Source: Raillietiella orientalis
Taxonomy: Eukaryota
Assembly (NCBI GenBank): GCA_036172245.1
Contig: JAYWIR010000017.1
Coordinates: forward strand, 1,736,001 to 1,800,000
Direction of reading: 5' to 3'
DNA: 64,000 nucleotides
The translations under genes were made by a program, and so were the position numbers. The notes below the pieces were generated by a model. The model searched no databases. It had not been told where the DNA came from and was given only the letters and a program-made list of their open reading frames with translations. Below, one piece after another: positions 1 through 12,338 of the stretch. The stretch's first letter is position 1, and each line of letters opens with the position of its first letter.

Positions 1-967
1 GGTGAGCTGGGGTGAGCAAAGCCACCTGGATACAGTCATCGGAGTAGGCCGTCACGACAGTCGCGGAGGAGGTCGAGCTGGGCGAGGCTCCCAGAGTTTC
101 ACTCCATGAATTCTGGCTGAGCTCAAAGCAGATGCTAAGAGGCACAGAACGCAACCTGTCCCTTTCCTGATCGCCTCTTCCTTATGGGCACGCCGCACAC
201 GTGGTGTGAGCTGAAAAAAGGATGTTATTATGCTCATCGAACCAGTGCAAGCACAGGTATTCCAGAAATGGAAGAACGAGTGTAGTCTGGCGTTCCAAGA
301 GCTTTAGGCGAAGCTTCTTTTCGCAGATTTGGTGGGATATCCGAAGCATTCGTCACTTCCGTTCTCTGGGTTGCCTCGTCGTTTCCGGAGACATGATGAG
401 TTTTTATCAGTCCCTCAGCTTTCTGCAATCTCAACCTGGTTTGCGCTTGTTGTCCTACATAGTTCTACCAAGAACAGTGCATGGTCTGCGCTGCTCTTTG
501 GACTGGGCTGCCAACCGCACAGTTTCGACAGCAACTCAGAGTCCTTATTCACTGAAGTGATCGACACGGATTGTGGTGGCTGCGCAAGTCCCTTCCCTCA
601 GAAAGAAGTTTACTTATGTGGTGAGCTCGAGAACCGGGAAACCAGTTCTACAAAGGAGCTGTCGCAGAATTTTGCTGGAAAATCATATCTCTCGGTGCCT
701 TCATCAGCAACTTGAACTTATGGAGTGAGGACTCTAGCTCTTGTGCAAAGCTCTGGTAGAACTCCGACAGCTGTCAGACCAAACTCTACCGATAGCTATC
801 TGAGAGGCCTCGTCGAGCAGCTGGCAATCCTGAGAGATGTCAAGAACTGCCTTGCAAAAATGGATCACTGATAAATTATCTGCTCCAATTTTTAGAAAGC
901 TTTGAAAATGAAACGTTTTTTTCCTGAGTGGACAATCCGTCCATGGTGATTCACCCAAGCCGAAGCT
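1..967 (-). mobile_element. Degenerate non-LTR retrotransposon fragment (L1/Tx1-like, probably ORF2)
   Basis: Broken minus-strand frames with weak resemblance to the endonuclease-RT linker and RT start (KTFHFQSFL; SITSVNKDSELLSK resembling RPIxLxNxDxKILxK). Composition matches the neighbouring LINE fossils. Motifs are poor. Confidence 0.35.
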
Positions 968-2399
968 GAAGCCGAGCTGGAGATCTCCGGCGTTGGGCGC
1001 CGGTGCTAAGTAGAAAGGAGCTGCCGGTGCTCCGCTCTCCCTTCCTTTATTTATTTATCGTTCCCTTCTCTCCCGCTTCGAGTTCCCCAGTGGACGACTC
1101 GCATCTCGATGATCCCTCCCCAGGAACTTCTTCCTGTTCCTTTTAGGAAGACTGCGTTCCCAACTTGTTTGTTAATCTTTTCTAAAGGAAACCTGCGGAA
1201 AGAGTAACGAAGCGAAAACCACTCTCTTCAAAGTGGTAGTCACTGTAGTCACGTGTCTGTACCTCACGTTGCAGCCATTCTTCCCATCCTAGGATCCGCA
1301 ACGAAGTTTCTGATGCCTAATAAACAGGAAGATTGAAAATTCGCGGGATTTGTTAGTCTTCGGGACGCCTACAATTGTTCCTAAACATCTAGCTCACCCT
1401 CTGCGGCATCACAGGGGAAAGGGAGACAAACAAAAAGAATAAAATAAAATAAAAGAATAATGGAAATGAACAAAACACCCTGTAGAGCCGGGAAGGGATC
1501 ACGGTTCGCTGGAGGGTGCAGGGGAAGATGCCGGCAAGTTCCGGTCTCAATACTCCCACATCTTGACTCTATCCTCATGAAAAGGACAGCAGAGTAGATG
1601 GCGTCTTTGTCGTTCTGGCCTACTCTGGCGTTGCTCCATGCAGCCACGATCCCGCGTGGACAGCGAAAGTGCTGCTAGGGATGAGGCCGGAGTGAGGGCG
1701 CCGGACCGGAAGAGGAGCTTTCAAACGTCTCTGGCGTTGCCGCCGGGGGTTGCAAGGGTCGCGGCAAAGCGTCCCCGAAGCGAACTGCGAACTGGATGGC
1801 GTCCATGTCGTCTCGTCCTCTATCGACTTCGCTTCAGGCTGCCACAATCACGCAGCCCTGGCAGCAAAGTGCTGCTAGAACTGCTGCTGGCTTCAGGGCA
1901 TTTCTCACAAAGAGGAGAGCCGTATGACATCCTTGGAGCTGACAACCGAGGTCCGCAGAGACGTCCCGAAAGGCTGCCACAGGAGTCGGAGTCCACAGGC
2001 AGGTGCGAGAGGGGAGATTCGCGTTCTTCACACCTGCGACAGTCCAGGCTCGCGCTTCCCAGCGTCCAGAGGTGTCGGCGCGTGTTGCGGGGAAAACCCC
2101 AGTGCAACGGCAGAAGTACCGACTCCTCACACTTCAGTAGGAGGGTGCTTCTGTTCTTGAGCACTGGGGGTTACGTCGGGTCTCCACTAGGAATAGGCTC
2201 GTCCCAGAGTTGTAGTCCTCGTGAAAGGGTACTTGGGAGTCGCAGCATCCTTCAGCTGCCCCACGGTCCAACCGCTCATTCCTTTCCTCCTGCCTGCGAT
2301 CTCGCAGGAGACTCGCCACCTCGACGTTTGGCTACTGCCAAGTGCCCTCTCCAGGAAGAGTCTCCGTGCAGCGAGGGGGGTCGTTTCCGCCCGCTTGCT
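968..2399. repeat. Left arm of a 1432-bp inverted duplication (partner 10907-12338)
   Basis: Begins GAAGCCGAGCTGGAGATCTCC and ends CCGCCCGCTTGCT. The reverse complement is at 10907-12338 with identical length. Nine substitutions seen by eye. Mirror-image ORFs appear in the track (e.g. 1381..1647- vs 11659..11925+). Confidence 0.97.
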
Positions 2400-3600
2400 C
2401 ATACTGGGAATCTCCAGGATCTTCCGCAGCGACCAGTGGGCGTAGTTGCTTTCAGAAAACGGATAGGTGAAGGCAGTACGGTTGCTGCAGCTACTGAACC
2501 CACAGCCGCGGCCGTCTTTCCCACGAGCGCACCGCAAGGAGCTGACGTCTCCCAAACCAAGCGGTAGCCCAGCCTCTGCCTTTGGCAACAGGCGAGCTTG
2601 AGCAAACCCAGTTTTGCTCAACCCATGTGGCCTAAAGAAACCTGAGACTCTCGAATTTCCTAATCCCTCAACGTGGGAGTAGGGAGGAGCTGCGGTAAGA
2701 ATCAGGCCTTGGAAGAAGAGCATACCCATCACTTACGCAATTGTGAAGGAGGGACGGCAGGTGAATTCTCAGGAATAACAAGAGTAGCTTCTGCCTGTGC
2801 GATCCTTCTGGCGGTATGGAACGTCGATGAGAAGAGGTGCGCTGTCGCAGAATTCCTGAGGCGTTTCTACTCTGTGCTCCTGCCGGAGGCACAGAGAGTC
2901 CCCACGCAGACGATCCTCAGCAGGATAAAAGTGAGAGTCCGGTGGGATGCTGCAAGCCGCACGTGCCGCGGGCAGCGCGTATCACCCGCTGTGGCAAACA
3001 GGTCGGTCAGGCCACCTCGTGCTCAGGTGGTTGGGTGCGCAACGAGCTCATGCATGTCTTGCAGCCCCCGGCTGCACCGATAAGTTCTGGTCTCTGGAGG
3101 TGCTCCGGCGGGACTGGTCGCATTGGGCACATTCTGGGACCGCCCTCCCAAGAGCTTGTGGACCCTCAGACCCTTCCTGAGCCTGAGCTCGAACGGTCGA
3201 CCGCGCGCGTAGCGGTGCATCACACCACGAACCTTCAGCAGACACATTTTTGGTGACCGTCTCGAAGGATGTCTTTCGATAACAACCTGTACTCACGGGC
3301 AGGATGACGAAGACGGGTGCAGTCTAGCTTTTGGGAGAAGGGGACGAATCACCCAAGATGAATGGCCCCCTTTCTACCCCCCAAAAGCTAGACCCGATCT
3401 GGTTCCATCCTCGATCGGAATCAAAACAAGGATTTGAAAGATGCTTGAAGGCCAGATCAGACATCTGGAAGCTCAGAAAGAACTCTGAACCTTCTTGGCA
3501 GACTGGTCCACCCACAGAGTAAGAGACTGGGATCATTCGAAAGATTTCGTGCCTCAGTAGACTTCAAAACCTCTGCTGAAAGAAACAGGAAACACAAAAG
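1640..3600 (-). mobile_element. Degenerate L1/Tx1-like LINE, RT to C-terminal zinc-binding region
   Basis: C-terminal motif LLPLHWGFPRNTRRHLWTL...DCRRCEERESPLSHL (zf-RVT-like CxxC..ES..H). RT-like GVERGPFILGDSSPSP near 3330-3400. Many frameshifts. T-rich 3' tract at ~1430-1460. It runs continuously across the inner boundary of the left inverted arm at 2399/2400. Confidence 0.65.
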
Positions 3601-4099
3601 AGTAATAGGATTTACGTAAGGATGCATGCAAGTTTATTTTTCCCCTGGTGGAGCCGTTGTAGCGCGATCCTCATGAAGCCCATCGAAGTGCATGCCTGCC
3701 GTTCCCTGTCGCTCTCTCCCGAAAGCGCTCCAGTCCGCCGCTATTCTGAGGAGTCATCGCATGCCGCACGAAGAGGCGCTCAAGAACGCCTCTGGGTTTG
3801 TCCACAGGGAGCCGGAAGACCGTTGTGAAACGCTCCCACACTGGCTGGAAAACACTAGTAGGTGCGGGAAGATTTTGACTTGACTGTACCTGGCACAGCT
3901 GGAGATCACACTCCTGCTTCAGGAGTGCCGACTGTTTTTTTGTTTTTTTTTTTGCTTCTTGCTCTTTGTGCGCCAAAGAAAGAGGTAGTTGGTCGCCTCT
4001 TATTGGTGGTTGCGTGGTGTAGACAACAGCGGCGTAGCAGAGGGGAAAAGCGTGCGAGCACGGTTGTGGATACCGAAGGAAGAGAAGCAGCAGCCCCTA

Positions 4100-4900
4100 G
4101 GAGTTATGGAGATGATTGAGAAATCAACCTTCCCAGCATCGAACTCCTGCAAAAAAAAGTCTAAAAGTCGGACGGCTGCTGTGGAGACCCCGATAGGGCA
4201 AACAAAATCAAGGGCTAGTGGGCCAAGGGTACACGCCGTCCCTGCTGCGCAATGTCGGCCGACTTCATTCTGCACTTACTGCACGCTCACTCATGCAGGA
4301 GCTTAGAAAGCCCCAAGCGAATAAATGCTTGAAGGACTCTCGATTCGTGATAGGGACAGACCTTCGAGCTGACCTTCAAAGACTCAAGTTTCGCCTAACG
4401 ACTACCGAAAACCTCATCAGCGTCTTCCTAGTAACCGTGGACAGCTGGGAGCTGGTCCACCTTACTGGAACCCACCGCGGATGGCGAACGAAGAATTCAT
4501 CCGGAAGCTATCCTCGTACGCGCCCGTACATGCTGCCTGGACAAAGCCAAATGTATTTTCTGAAGGCCAAGGAATATTCAGCGGCCTGGCAGAGCTCGGA
4601 TAACAGCACATTTAGGACGATGGCTTCTCGACAAACTGCAGACAGGCGCAGAATGCGTGTCCCTCGATGATCCACCGTTTGGAATGCTAAAAGGATTGTG
4701 ATTCGTGGGCAAGCCCAAAATATTAAGCTGTGATGAAGCGGATGCAAGCAGGGCGACCGAAAAAGCACAGCCGCGTTCTTTCTGCTGCAGGGATTAAAAA
4801 AAAAAAAAAAAACGCGTGTGAGAAACCAGGAGGAAGTCAAGAAAATGAATATCGAGCGGATCTGCGTCAACTTGCAAAACCCGCAAACCTCTCGTCCAAA
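4100..4900 (+). mobile_element. Possible decayed LINE ORF1 (gag-like) fragment
   Basis: ORF 4218..4670 and its continuation (RRMRVPR...IVIRGQ...CKQGD) resemble the L1/Tx1 ORF1 region before the zinc knuckle. Heavily degraded. Confidence 0.3.
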
Positions 4901-5104
4901 ACATCTGCTGGGAAAACTTGGGTCTGTGCCGAAAACGCGGTATAACAGCAACTTGTCGTCAACAAAAAAAAAGAAACAAGGAGAACCCGCAAGCCGCGAC
5001 GACAGAGCATCAGGGAACGAGCAGATGTGATCGTGCCAGGTAACGAAAAAGTAATCGTGCCACGTGGTCATCGCGACGACCGATGCGGCAATCGATGGCG
5101 CCAC

Positions 5105-6768
5105 CAGGGTTGCCAATGGAAGTTAATGGAATCCGCTAGATGGAATTCGAAAATACATGATTTTCGAAATACCTAGGAATTTATTATTATTGGTAACAAC
5201 ATGCAATTAACATTTGATAAGAAAAAAATAATTTTTTATACATAACCCACTCAAAAAAACAAGTCCTCTGGATCATCCTTGTCAAAGAAATAGTGCTGCG
5301 ATTGTGACGTTCTTGGAGTTTAGTTCTCAGCTTGTCCACTTTCATTTCTATAGGCAGCCAAGGTTCCTATTTTCCTCAAAACCTCTGATGACAATTGATA
5401 ATCCTTGCAGCATTTGTTAGAGAGCTCTAGACCTTCCCTCATTGTGAGAATTGCATTGACCATTGCCGTTCCCATCCGGTTTCGTAGTTTTGACTTCACG
5501 ACGTTCATCAAGCTGAAGATTCTTTCCACTTGAACATTAGACCATGGAAGAACAATGAGAGATGTCACTACTTCAGCCAACTTTCCAAATGAATTGACAT
5601 CAGACGAGTCTTGATAATTAACTACTCCACTCCAGAATTCAATTGTACTGGCAGTTTTCTCCCACTTTGCACTTGTTAAATTGGTCCACTGGATTTCTGT
5701 TTTTGCTATCTTCTCTGGTAGAATTTCGAGACGTTGCATTAGTGGTATCAATGGACCCCTGATAAAAAGAAGAGCACGAGGCAGAAATTTTTCACATTGA
5801 TCTTAGCGCTCTCATATTATCAGGCAGTCTTGCTTGAAGCCCCTTATGTAACCTAATAAGGAAGATAATGCACCTTTTTCTGAAGTCAGTTTCTTCTTCT
5901 GCTGGCAGTTTGAGTTGATGTAGTTTCTCCTCAACTTCATAGCCCAGATAGGAACCCCAGAGCACATAGTTATCAAGATTTTCTGTTTGGAATTCCTTCT
6001 TGCATGTCGGAAGCACAAACTTCTTGGCCGTGTTCTCCACCAAACCAGCCAGGTCATGCAAGAACTTGGTATGATCGGCATTACTTGCCTCGAATGATTT
6101 GTTCGCCCCTTGCATGTCGGGCAATACTGGTCGAAGGAAAAGGAGAAATGCGTGGTTTTTCCCATCAGAAAGCTTAAAATTCAAAAGGGATGTTGTGTAA
6201 TCTCTCTCTCTTGTACTCGCAATTTTAAACATAGTACTGAGCTTCTACCCACTGATCCAGAATTCTGTTTATTGCAGTTTCAATCGACAGCCAACGAGTC
6301 TGGAACCTCTGTACAGAATTTCTAGGATTGTGCCCATCATTCATGGCAGCAAATAGAGCTTTGTAATCATTTTCCCGTAAGGCAGAATGGGAAAATCAAT
6401 TATAGGTTTCTCACACTAAAGAGTCAATATTAGCAGGAAGGCAATCTGAGGCTGCAGAGACAGCCAATTGGAGAGTGAATACGCAACGGATCATTGCAAG
6501 CCCTGGGCATTCCTTCTGCAGTTTAGCGCACACGCCATCGTTTATGCCACTCATGACAGTCGCATTTTCGACTTCAATACTTTTTATGTTTTGCATGTTT
6601 AATCTTTTACTACCAAGTGTTTCCCTCACAGTAGCAGCAATAGATTCAACATCACAGGTGTCAAGTTCAGGCAATGCTAAAAAAGTAGATTCTATTTTTC
6701 CTGACTGATAACTGAAACGTAAAACAGCAATTCCTAGCATTTTAGTAACACGAATATCGTTGGATTTA
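5105..6768 (-). mobile_element. hAT-superfamily DNA transposon remnant (frameshifted transposase, 5'-truncated)
   Basis: Collinear ORF pieces: 6411..6740 (SNDIRVTKMLGI; ENATVMSGINDGV; IRCVFTLQLA, decayed DxAxxMxG and CxxH motifs), WLSIETAINRILDQW (RW motif, ~6250-6300), 5792..6232, and 5320..5751 with the hAT dimerisation signature LPWSNVQVERIFSLMNVVKSKLRNRM. The block is AT-rich and ends at CAGGGTTGCCA (5105-5115), a possible terminal or subterminal motif. Confidence 0.88.
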
Positions 6769-7333
6769 CCTCTGAAAGCGCGGCACTCCCGCCCCCTCCA
6801 AAATCAGCGAGGATTTCGCGAAGCCGGAGTCAGTCGCCTGAGAGGGCCCGAGGGAGGAAAGCTTCAGGGCCACTTTCAGGAGAAGTTCCCCAGGCATTTT
6901 CCGAAATGGAGCAGGAAGATACCGTCGATGGATCCAGCGGTACGAATTCGCGAGACCAAAGTGCGGTCCGGCTATACTCGAGAGGGTCAAGAGCCGTCAT
7001 CTGAAAACAGGGTGGTGTCCGCAGGACCGCCGGAACTCCACAAGATTTCTGAGGTCGAGGTGGCTGAAGTTGAGGTGCGCGCGCGCGTGGTAAGCTGCCC
7101 CGGCGGTGTGCCCCGTTCCTATCCACTTGGTCACTCCGGGGAGTTTCTTTCTTTCGAAATGAACTAACGGAAACGTGGGAGAGGAGTTCCTAAGAGAACC
7201 AAACGAGAATCCGCGGGAAGGGTTCGCCGATGCGCAAGTCGAACAAGCAGAGATCCTGGAATGAAGTAAGGGGACAATAAATAGGAGAAGTTAGGGAGGG
7301 AAAGGGCCCTTGATAGAGATCATTCCTTCTCTT

Positions 7334-9400
7334 TCACAGTCTTTCCGGGATGTAGACGAGCTCCCTGGCGACCTGTGGAAAGAGCCACCTCGCTGCAGTC
7401 CTCACACACAACCCAACGTTGCGATCACACATCTCGCCACAAGAAAACCTTTCGCTTGCAGAGAAGCGCCATAGCAGCCGTATCCTCCGAATGCAGCAGG
7501 GCTGCAGCCAGCATTCGCCGCAGTCTTCCTGGAAGGTATCGCAGTCCAAAAGCAGGTGTGGGAACGATTCCATCGTGCCGCACCTGGAACAGTTCGAGGA
7601 TGCAGCTCTCCCGGAAACGAGATGTAGACGCTCTCCGCGCTGGAAACCCCCCAGTGCAAGAAGGACACCACCTGGTGCCTCCACTTGAAAGGGAGCACCG
7701 AACTGTCCATGCGAAAAACCAGGAGCACCCGTTTTGTGGAAAACGCATGAGAAGTTTTGCCCGCCGAAGTGGTTTCTTGGAGTGGCAGCGCCGACCAGCT
7801 CACTCGTCCTCCAGCCGTTGCGGAGTTTGTTCTCTCCCAACCTGCCGACCGGATGCTGTGATTGCTTGCCCTGAGGACAAACGGCGCTGCAGCATCGAGT
7901 GTGATGGCCAGTCTGGATCACTTACTAGAGTCCTGCAGCAGCAACACATCGTATCGCTAATTTTCGCCCACGTTTGAACGGTTTCCTCTATCCTGGCAGT
8001 GCAGTTCGTGAGCGGACAGCAGATCCATACATTGTCCTGCCCCAAGGAAACCATCTGCTGAAGCTGATGCCCTCATCGGGGCATGCTTTGGTCGCCATAA
8101 ACAAGGGAAGATATTAGTCCTCGAAGCCGGCTGCTTGCTTGGCGAAGAGGCGTGCAGGAACGCACTAGTGGCCGGTCCAGTACTTAGTTGTTAGTGCAGT
8201 TCTCGGAATTGGAAATGTCTCTCCATCCGCTTCAATGTCAGGGAGTCAAGTCCTCCGTTCCGACGCAGAGTCGTCAAGTCTTTCAGGAGAGAGTGGAACC
8301 TCCCCGCACCCCAAAGCGCTTCGAGTGTTCTTGACAGCACTGGGAGTGAAACAAACAAAAAGCAGGAGGCGAAAGAGAGGGACCACGAATGTGCCTTATA
8401 CCACGGCCTTTTCCGGCAAGAGAAACTTGCTATTCGCGAACGAGCCGAGAGCTGACTCTGCCTTTTGTGCGACTTCGGTTGCGAAGGACTAGCCTCATCC
8501 TTGTTTCCTCGCAATCAGAAGTGGATGAGGCTCTTGGGGTCTCCCCTGAAGAGACTAGGCTGCTTGGGCTTGCTTGACGCTCATGAGAGGATCTCCTATC
8601 ACCTTTTGAACTTTTATGTTTGGCGCCAGGGGCCCGTGGACACGTGAGTGCAGTTGACTGGCACTAGCCCGGAAGATCTCGTAGCGGTCCAGCGGTTCAG
8701 GATGTCCCTGCAAAGAATCGTCGAGGAACCGACCGATTGGGACGTGTACATCAGCCACATCTTGGTCTCAGAGCTTTCTTCCCTGTGGGAAAGCAATGGC
8801 AGTTGCCCATCGGAGAAGTACAATCCAAGGAGTAGAGCAACTCCTAGGTGGGTGCACCACGAAGTGCTGGCCGACACCGCTACGCCCTGCTTCCAGGCAA
8901 AAGGGGTTCCGCTTCTGGACTGAAACTCTGCGTGCGTCCCGGAAGAACTGAGCGTCCCTTTCCTGTGCCTGGATGATTCCATGCCCTCCTCCCTTCAGGT
9001 GGTAACACGACGTGGTGCTCTTGCGCTGGGACCTCCCTTGCGGCGTGCGTATTCACCACGTGGCCAGAAGGAGCGTTTCTCCCGAGTGTAGCAGGTGCGG
9101 GGCGATCGAATCGCTCCCGCACCTGTTGATGAACTGCAGCGTTCTCCGTCGGACCTCTGATCGCAGTGTACCGTTGCGATGAGAGGTCCGTACTACTGAA
9201 GATCACAGTCGGTCCCGACGTCGTCCAAGCTCGCTACTCTCTCGAGATGCAAAAGCCACTGCACTGCTATCTCCATGAGGAAGAGGCTTGCAGGTGGTTC
9301 CACCTAAAAACAGAACTCATCAGGCATCTCGCCATTATCTCGTGGCAGTCTTAGAAGAAGAGCAGGAATCCCGGTGTCCCCACACACTCGACCTTCCATT
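7334..9400 (-). mobile_element. Degenerate L1/Tx1-like LINE ORF2 (RT plus C-terminal CCHC region)
   Basis: Collinear remnants: NHPGTG (KSPGPDG-like), VHGPLAPNIKVQKVIGDPL (VNG..F.V..GVRQGDPLS-like), LTTLRRNGGLD (L....GGLG), CSRCGTMESFPHLLLDC (zf-RVT). Pyrimidine-rich 3' tract on the minus strand at ~7260-7330. Confidence 0.7.
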
Positions 9401-10329
9401 TTTGATTTATCTGTGCGCCATTCCGTCTCCACCAATGCTTCAAACTATTTCTTGAGTCGACTTGCGAGTTGGCGAACCATCCCGACTATACTTCTTTTGT
9501 CTCTCTTTTTTTTATTTACAAGGAGCTTAGTTCTGAGCAATAAAAAACAAAAGTCTATTAAATAAGTTTCTTATTTTGATAGAATTTTATTTTTTATAAA
9601 TAAGCACCTCAGAGCAACTGGGTGAAAAACCAAAGTTTGGTGTGACCGAACTGTCCCAGGTGCGGGGAAGTAGAAGGATTCCACTTCTCTACACCTGGGA
9701 CAGCTCCCATTCAGTTCGGCACAGTTCACTAATCCTTCCTGCACCTGCTAGTGCATTGTGTTGCCCTCTGAGCATTGTGGGAACGTTTCTCCAATTCCCC
9801 CTCATCCCGGTGGGCAAACCCAGTGAAGTTTGGAGGGGACTACTCTCTGTGCGGAGTGCTATGCCCCTGCCTCTGCAACAGCAGAGTCCTGCCGTTGGCG
9901 TTTTCACCTGGTTACTCCGGAGACGTGCAGACGCGTTTCGCGGGCGCTCCCGCGAACTTGGATTTCTCTTTGGGCTAGCGGAGTGAGATGCCATCTAGGG
10001 AGGTCGTGGCCCCGTGTGCACCTTGGACGATAAACAGATTTCTCCAAATCCCTGATTAGGGATACGTTGAGTCCACTTGTCCCTGAAATGAAGCTGGATC
10101 CTTGGAGCCATTGTTGAGCGTGCCATTGTCGACTGTGCCCCTGGGACGGAAGCCTCTTCGGGTATCTCCTGGCGGCTCTGGCGTTTTAGCCCCGCAGAAA
10201 TAAGAAGATCGACTTGAAGATCAGAGATTATGCCGCTCAAGGGAATAACCCTACCATTACCTACATGATAGATCAAATAACTAAACCTACGTGGACAGAG
10301 TTCGCGAAGGAACTTCAACTCCTCGTCAG

Positions 10330-10906
10330 CACTGCTCATGCAATATGGCGCAAAACAGTGCCACCTTCAGTGGGCTGACCGAAGTGCGTATGACCGTGAA
10401 GAGTAGTTCGACAATCCCACTAGAAACACACATCGATGACAAAATCGTCCATATGTGGTACGTGGGCTTGCCCAAATTTTGTGGGCTCTGTAAGGCCACG
10501 AAACACTTGAAGGAGGTGTGCACAAAAGTCAGGGGCACACTCTGAGAACAGCTGGGACGCGTGTTAGCCATGTGATAATCGAAAAGGACTCTCAAAACCC
10601 ACGTCCCCGCAGAAAGGAAGACAGGGGCTAAAGAGGTTGCCACGAGCCGGTACAAGCAACACCTGGAAGTGGCCCATCTCTGGAGTCAGACAACACGCAG
10701 GAGGCACATCCGCCTTAGGCGGAAAAGGCGGGTGCACAGCAAACAGCAAACTGGAAGTCCCCTGAAAATACCGCATAGGGAGTAATACCACTCACGGCCG
10801 AAAGAGAGAGCCTCTGGTGGTCGAGGTGACCACCAGGAATGAAAGCGCGCAGGCTCGGGATCCTGAAACAGCAGTGCACAGCTCCGAAAAGGAGTGTCTC
10901 AGCAAA
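10330..10906 (+). mobile_element. LINE ORF1 (gag-like) fragment with CCHC zinc knuckle
   Basis: SGLTEVRMTVKSSSTIPLETHIDDKIVHMWYVGLPKFCGLCKATKHLKEVC contains a perfect C-x2-C-x4-H-x4-C knuckle preceded by the IP...Y.G.P segment typical of L1/Tx1 ORF1. It abuts the right inverted arm directly. Confidence 0.72.
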
Positions 10907-12338
10907 AGCAAGCGGGCGGAAACGACCCCCCTCGCTGCACGGAGACTCTTCCTGGAGAGGGCACTTGGCAGTAGCCAAACGTCGAGGTGGCGAGTCTCCT
11001 GCGAGATCGCAGGCAGGAGGAAAGGAATGAGCGGTTGGACCGTGGGGCAGCTGAAGGATGCTGCGACTCCCAAGTACCCTTTCACGAGGACTACAACTCT
11101 GGGACGAGCCTATTCCTAGTGGAGACCCGACGTAACCCCCAGTGCTCAAGAACAGAAGCACCCTCCTACTGAAGTGTGAGGAGTCGGTACTTCTGCCGTT
11201 GCACTGGGGTTTTCCCCGCAACACGCGCCGACACCTCTGGACGCTGGGAAGCGCGAGCCTGGACTGTCGCAGGTGTGGAGAACGCGAATCTCCCCTCTCG
11301 CACCTGCCTGTGGACTCCGACTCCTGTGGCAGCCTTTCGGGACGTCTCTGCGGACCTCGGTTGTCAGCTCCAAGGATGTCATACGGCTCTCCTCTTTGTG
11401 AGAAATGCCCTGAAGCCAGCAGCAGTTCTAGCAGCACTTTGCTGCCAGGGCTGCGTGATTGTGGCAGCCTGAAGCGAAGTCGATAGAGGACGAGACGACA
11501 TGGACGCCATCCAGTTCGCAGTTCGCTTCGGGGACGCTTTGCCGCGACCCTTGCAACCCCCGGCGGCAACGCCAGAGACGTTTGAAAGCTCCTCTTCCGG
11601 TCCGGCGCCCTCACTCCGGCCTCATCCCTAGCAGCACTTTCGCTGTCCACGCGGGATCGTGGCTGCATGGAGCAACGCCAGAGTAGGCCAGAACGACAAA
11701 GACGCCATCTACTCTGCTGTCCTTTTCATGAGGATAGAGTCAAGATGTGGGAGTATTGAGACCGGAACTTGCCGGCATCTTCCCCTGCACCCTCCAGCGA
11801 ACCGTGATCCCTTCCCGGCTCTACAGGGTGTTTTGTTCATTTCCATTATTCTTTTATTTTATTTTATTCTTTTTGTTTGTCTCCCTTTCTTCTGTGATGC
11901 CGCAGAGGGTGAGCTAGATGTTTAGGAACAATTGTAGGCGTCCCGAAGACTAACAAATCCCGCGAATTTTCAATCTTCCTGTTCATTAGGCATCAGAAAC
12001 TTCGTTGCGGATCCTAGGATGGGAAGGATGGCTGCAACGTGAGGTACAGACACGTGACTACAGTGACTACCACTTTGAAGAGAGTGGTTTTCGCTTCGTT
12101 ACTCTTTCCGCAGGTTTCCTTTAGAAAAGATTAACAAACAAGTTGGGAACGCAGTCTTCCTAAAAGGAACAGGAAGAAGTTCCTGGGGAGGGATCATCGA
12201 GATGCGAGTCGTCCACTGGGGAACTCGAAGCGGGAGAGAAAAGAACGATAAATAAATAAAGGAAGGAAGAGCGGAGCACTGGCAGCTCCTTTCTACTTAG
12301 CACCGGCGCCCAACGCCGGAGATCTCCAGCTCGGCTTC
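10907..12338. repeat. Right arm of a 1432-bp inverted duplication (partner 968-2399)
   Basis: Begins AGCAAGCGGGCGGAAACG and ends GATCTCCAGCTCGGCTTC. Reverse complement of 968-2399. Confidence 0.97.

Noticed and set aside
1638..2567. 309-aa ORF (and its 317-aa mirror at 10715..11668-) as a novel duplicated gene
   Set aside because: It is antisense to the LINE RT/zf remnants, has the R/S/P/G-rich composition typical of GC-rich shadow ORFs, and is shared only because of the recent duplication.
968..12338. A single large TIR element (Foldback/Galileo/Polinton-like or composite transposon) with 1.4-kb terminal inverted repeats
   Set aside because: No target-site duplication in the flanks (…CCGAAGCT / CTCCAGCA…). 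The arms are internal LINE fossil sequence continuous with neighbouring DNA, and there is no cognate transposase or polymerase inside.
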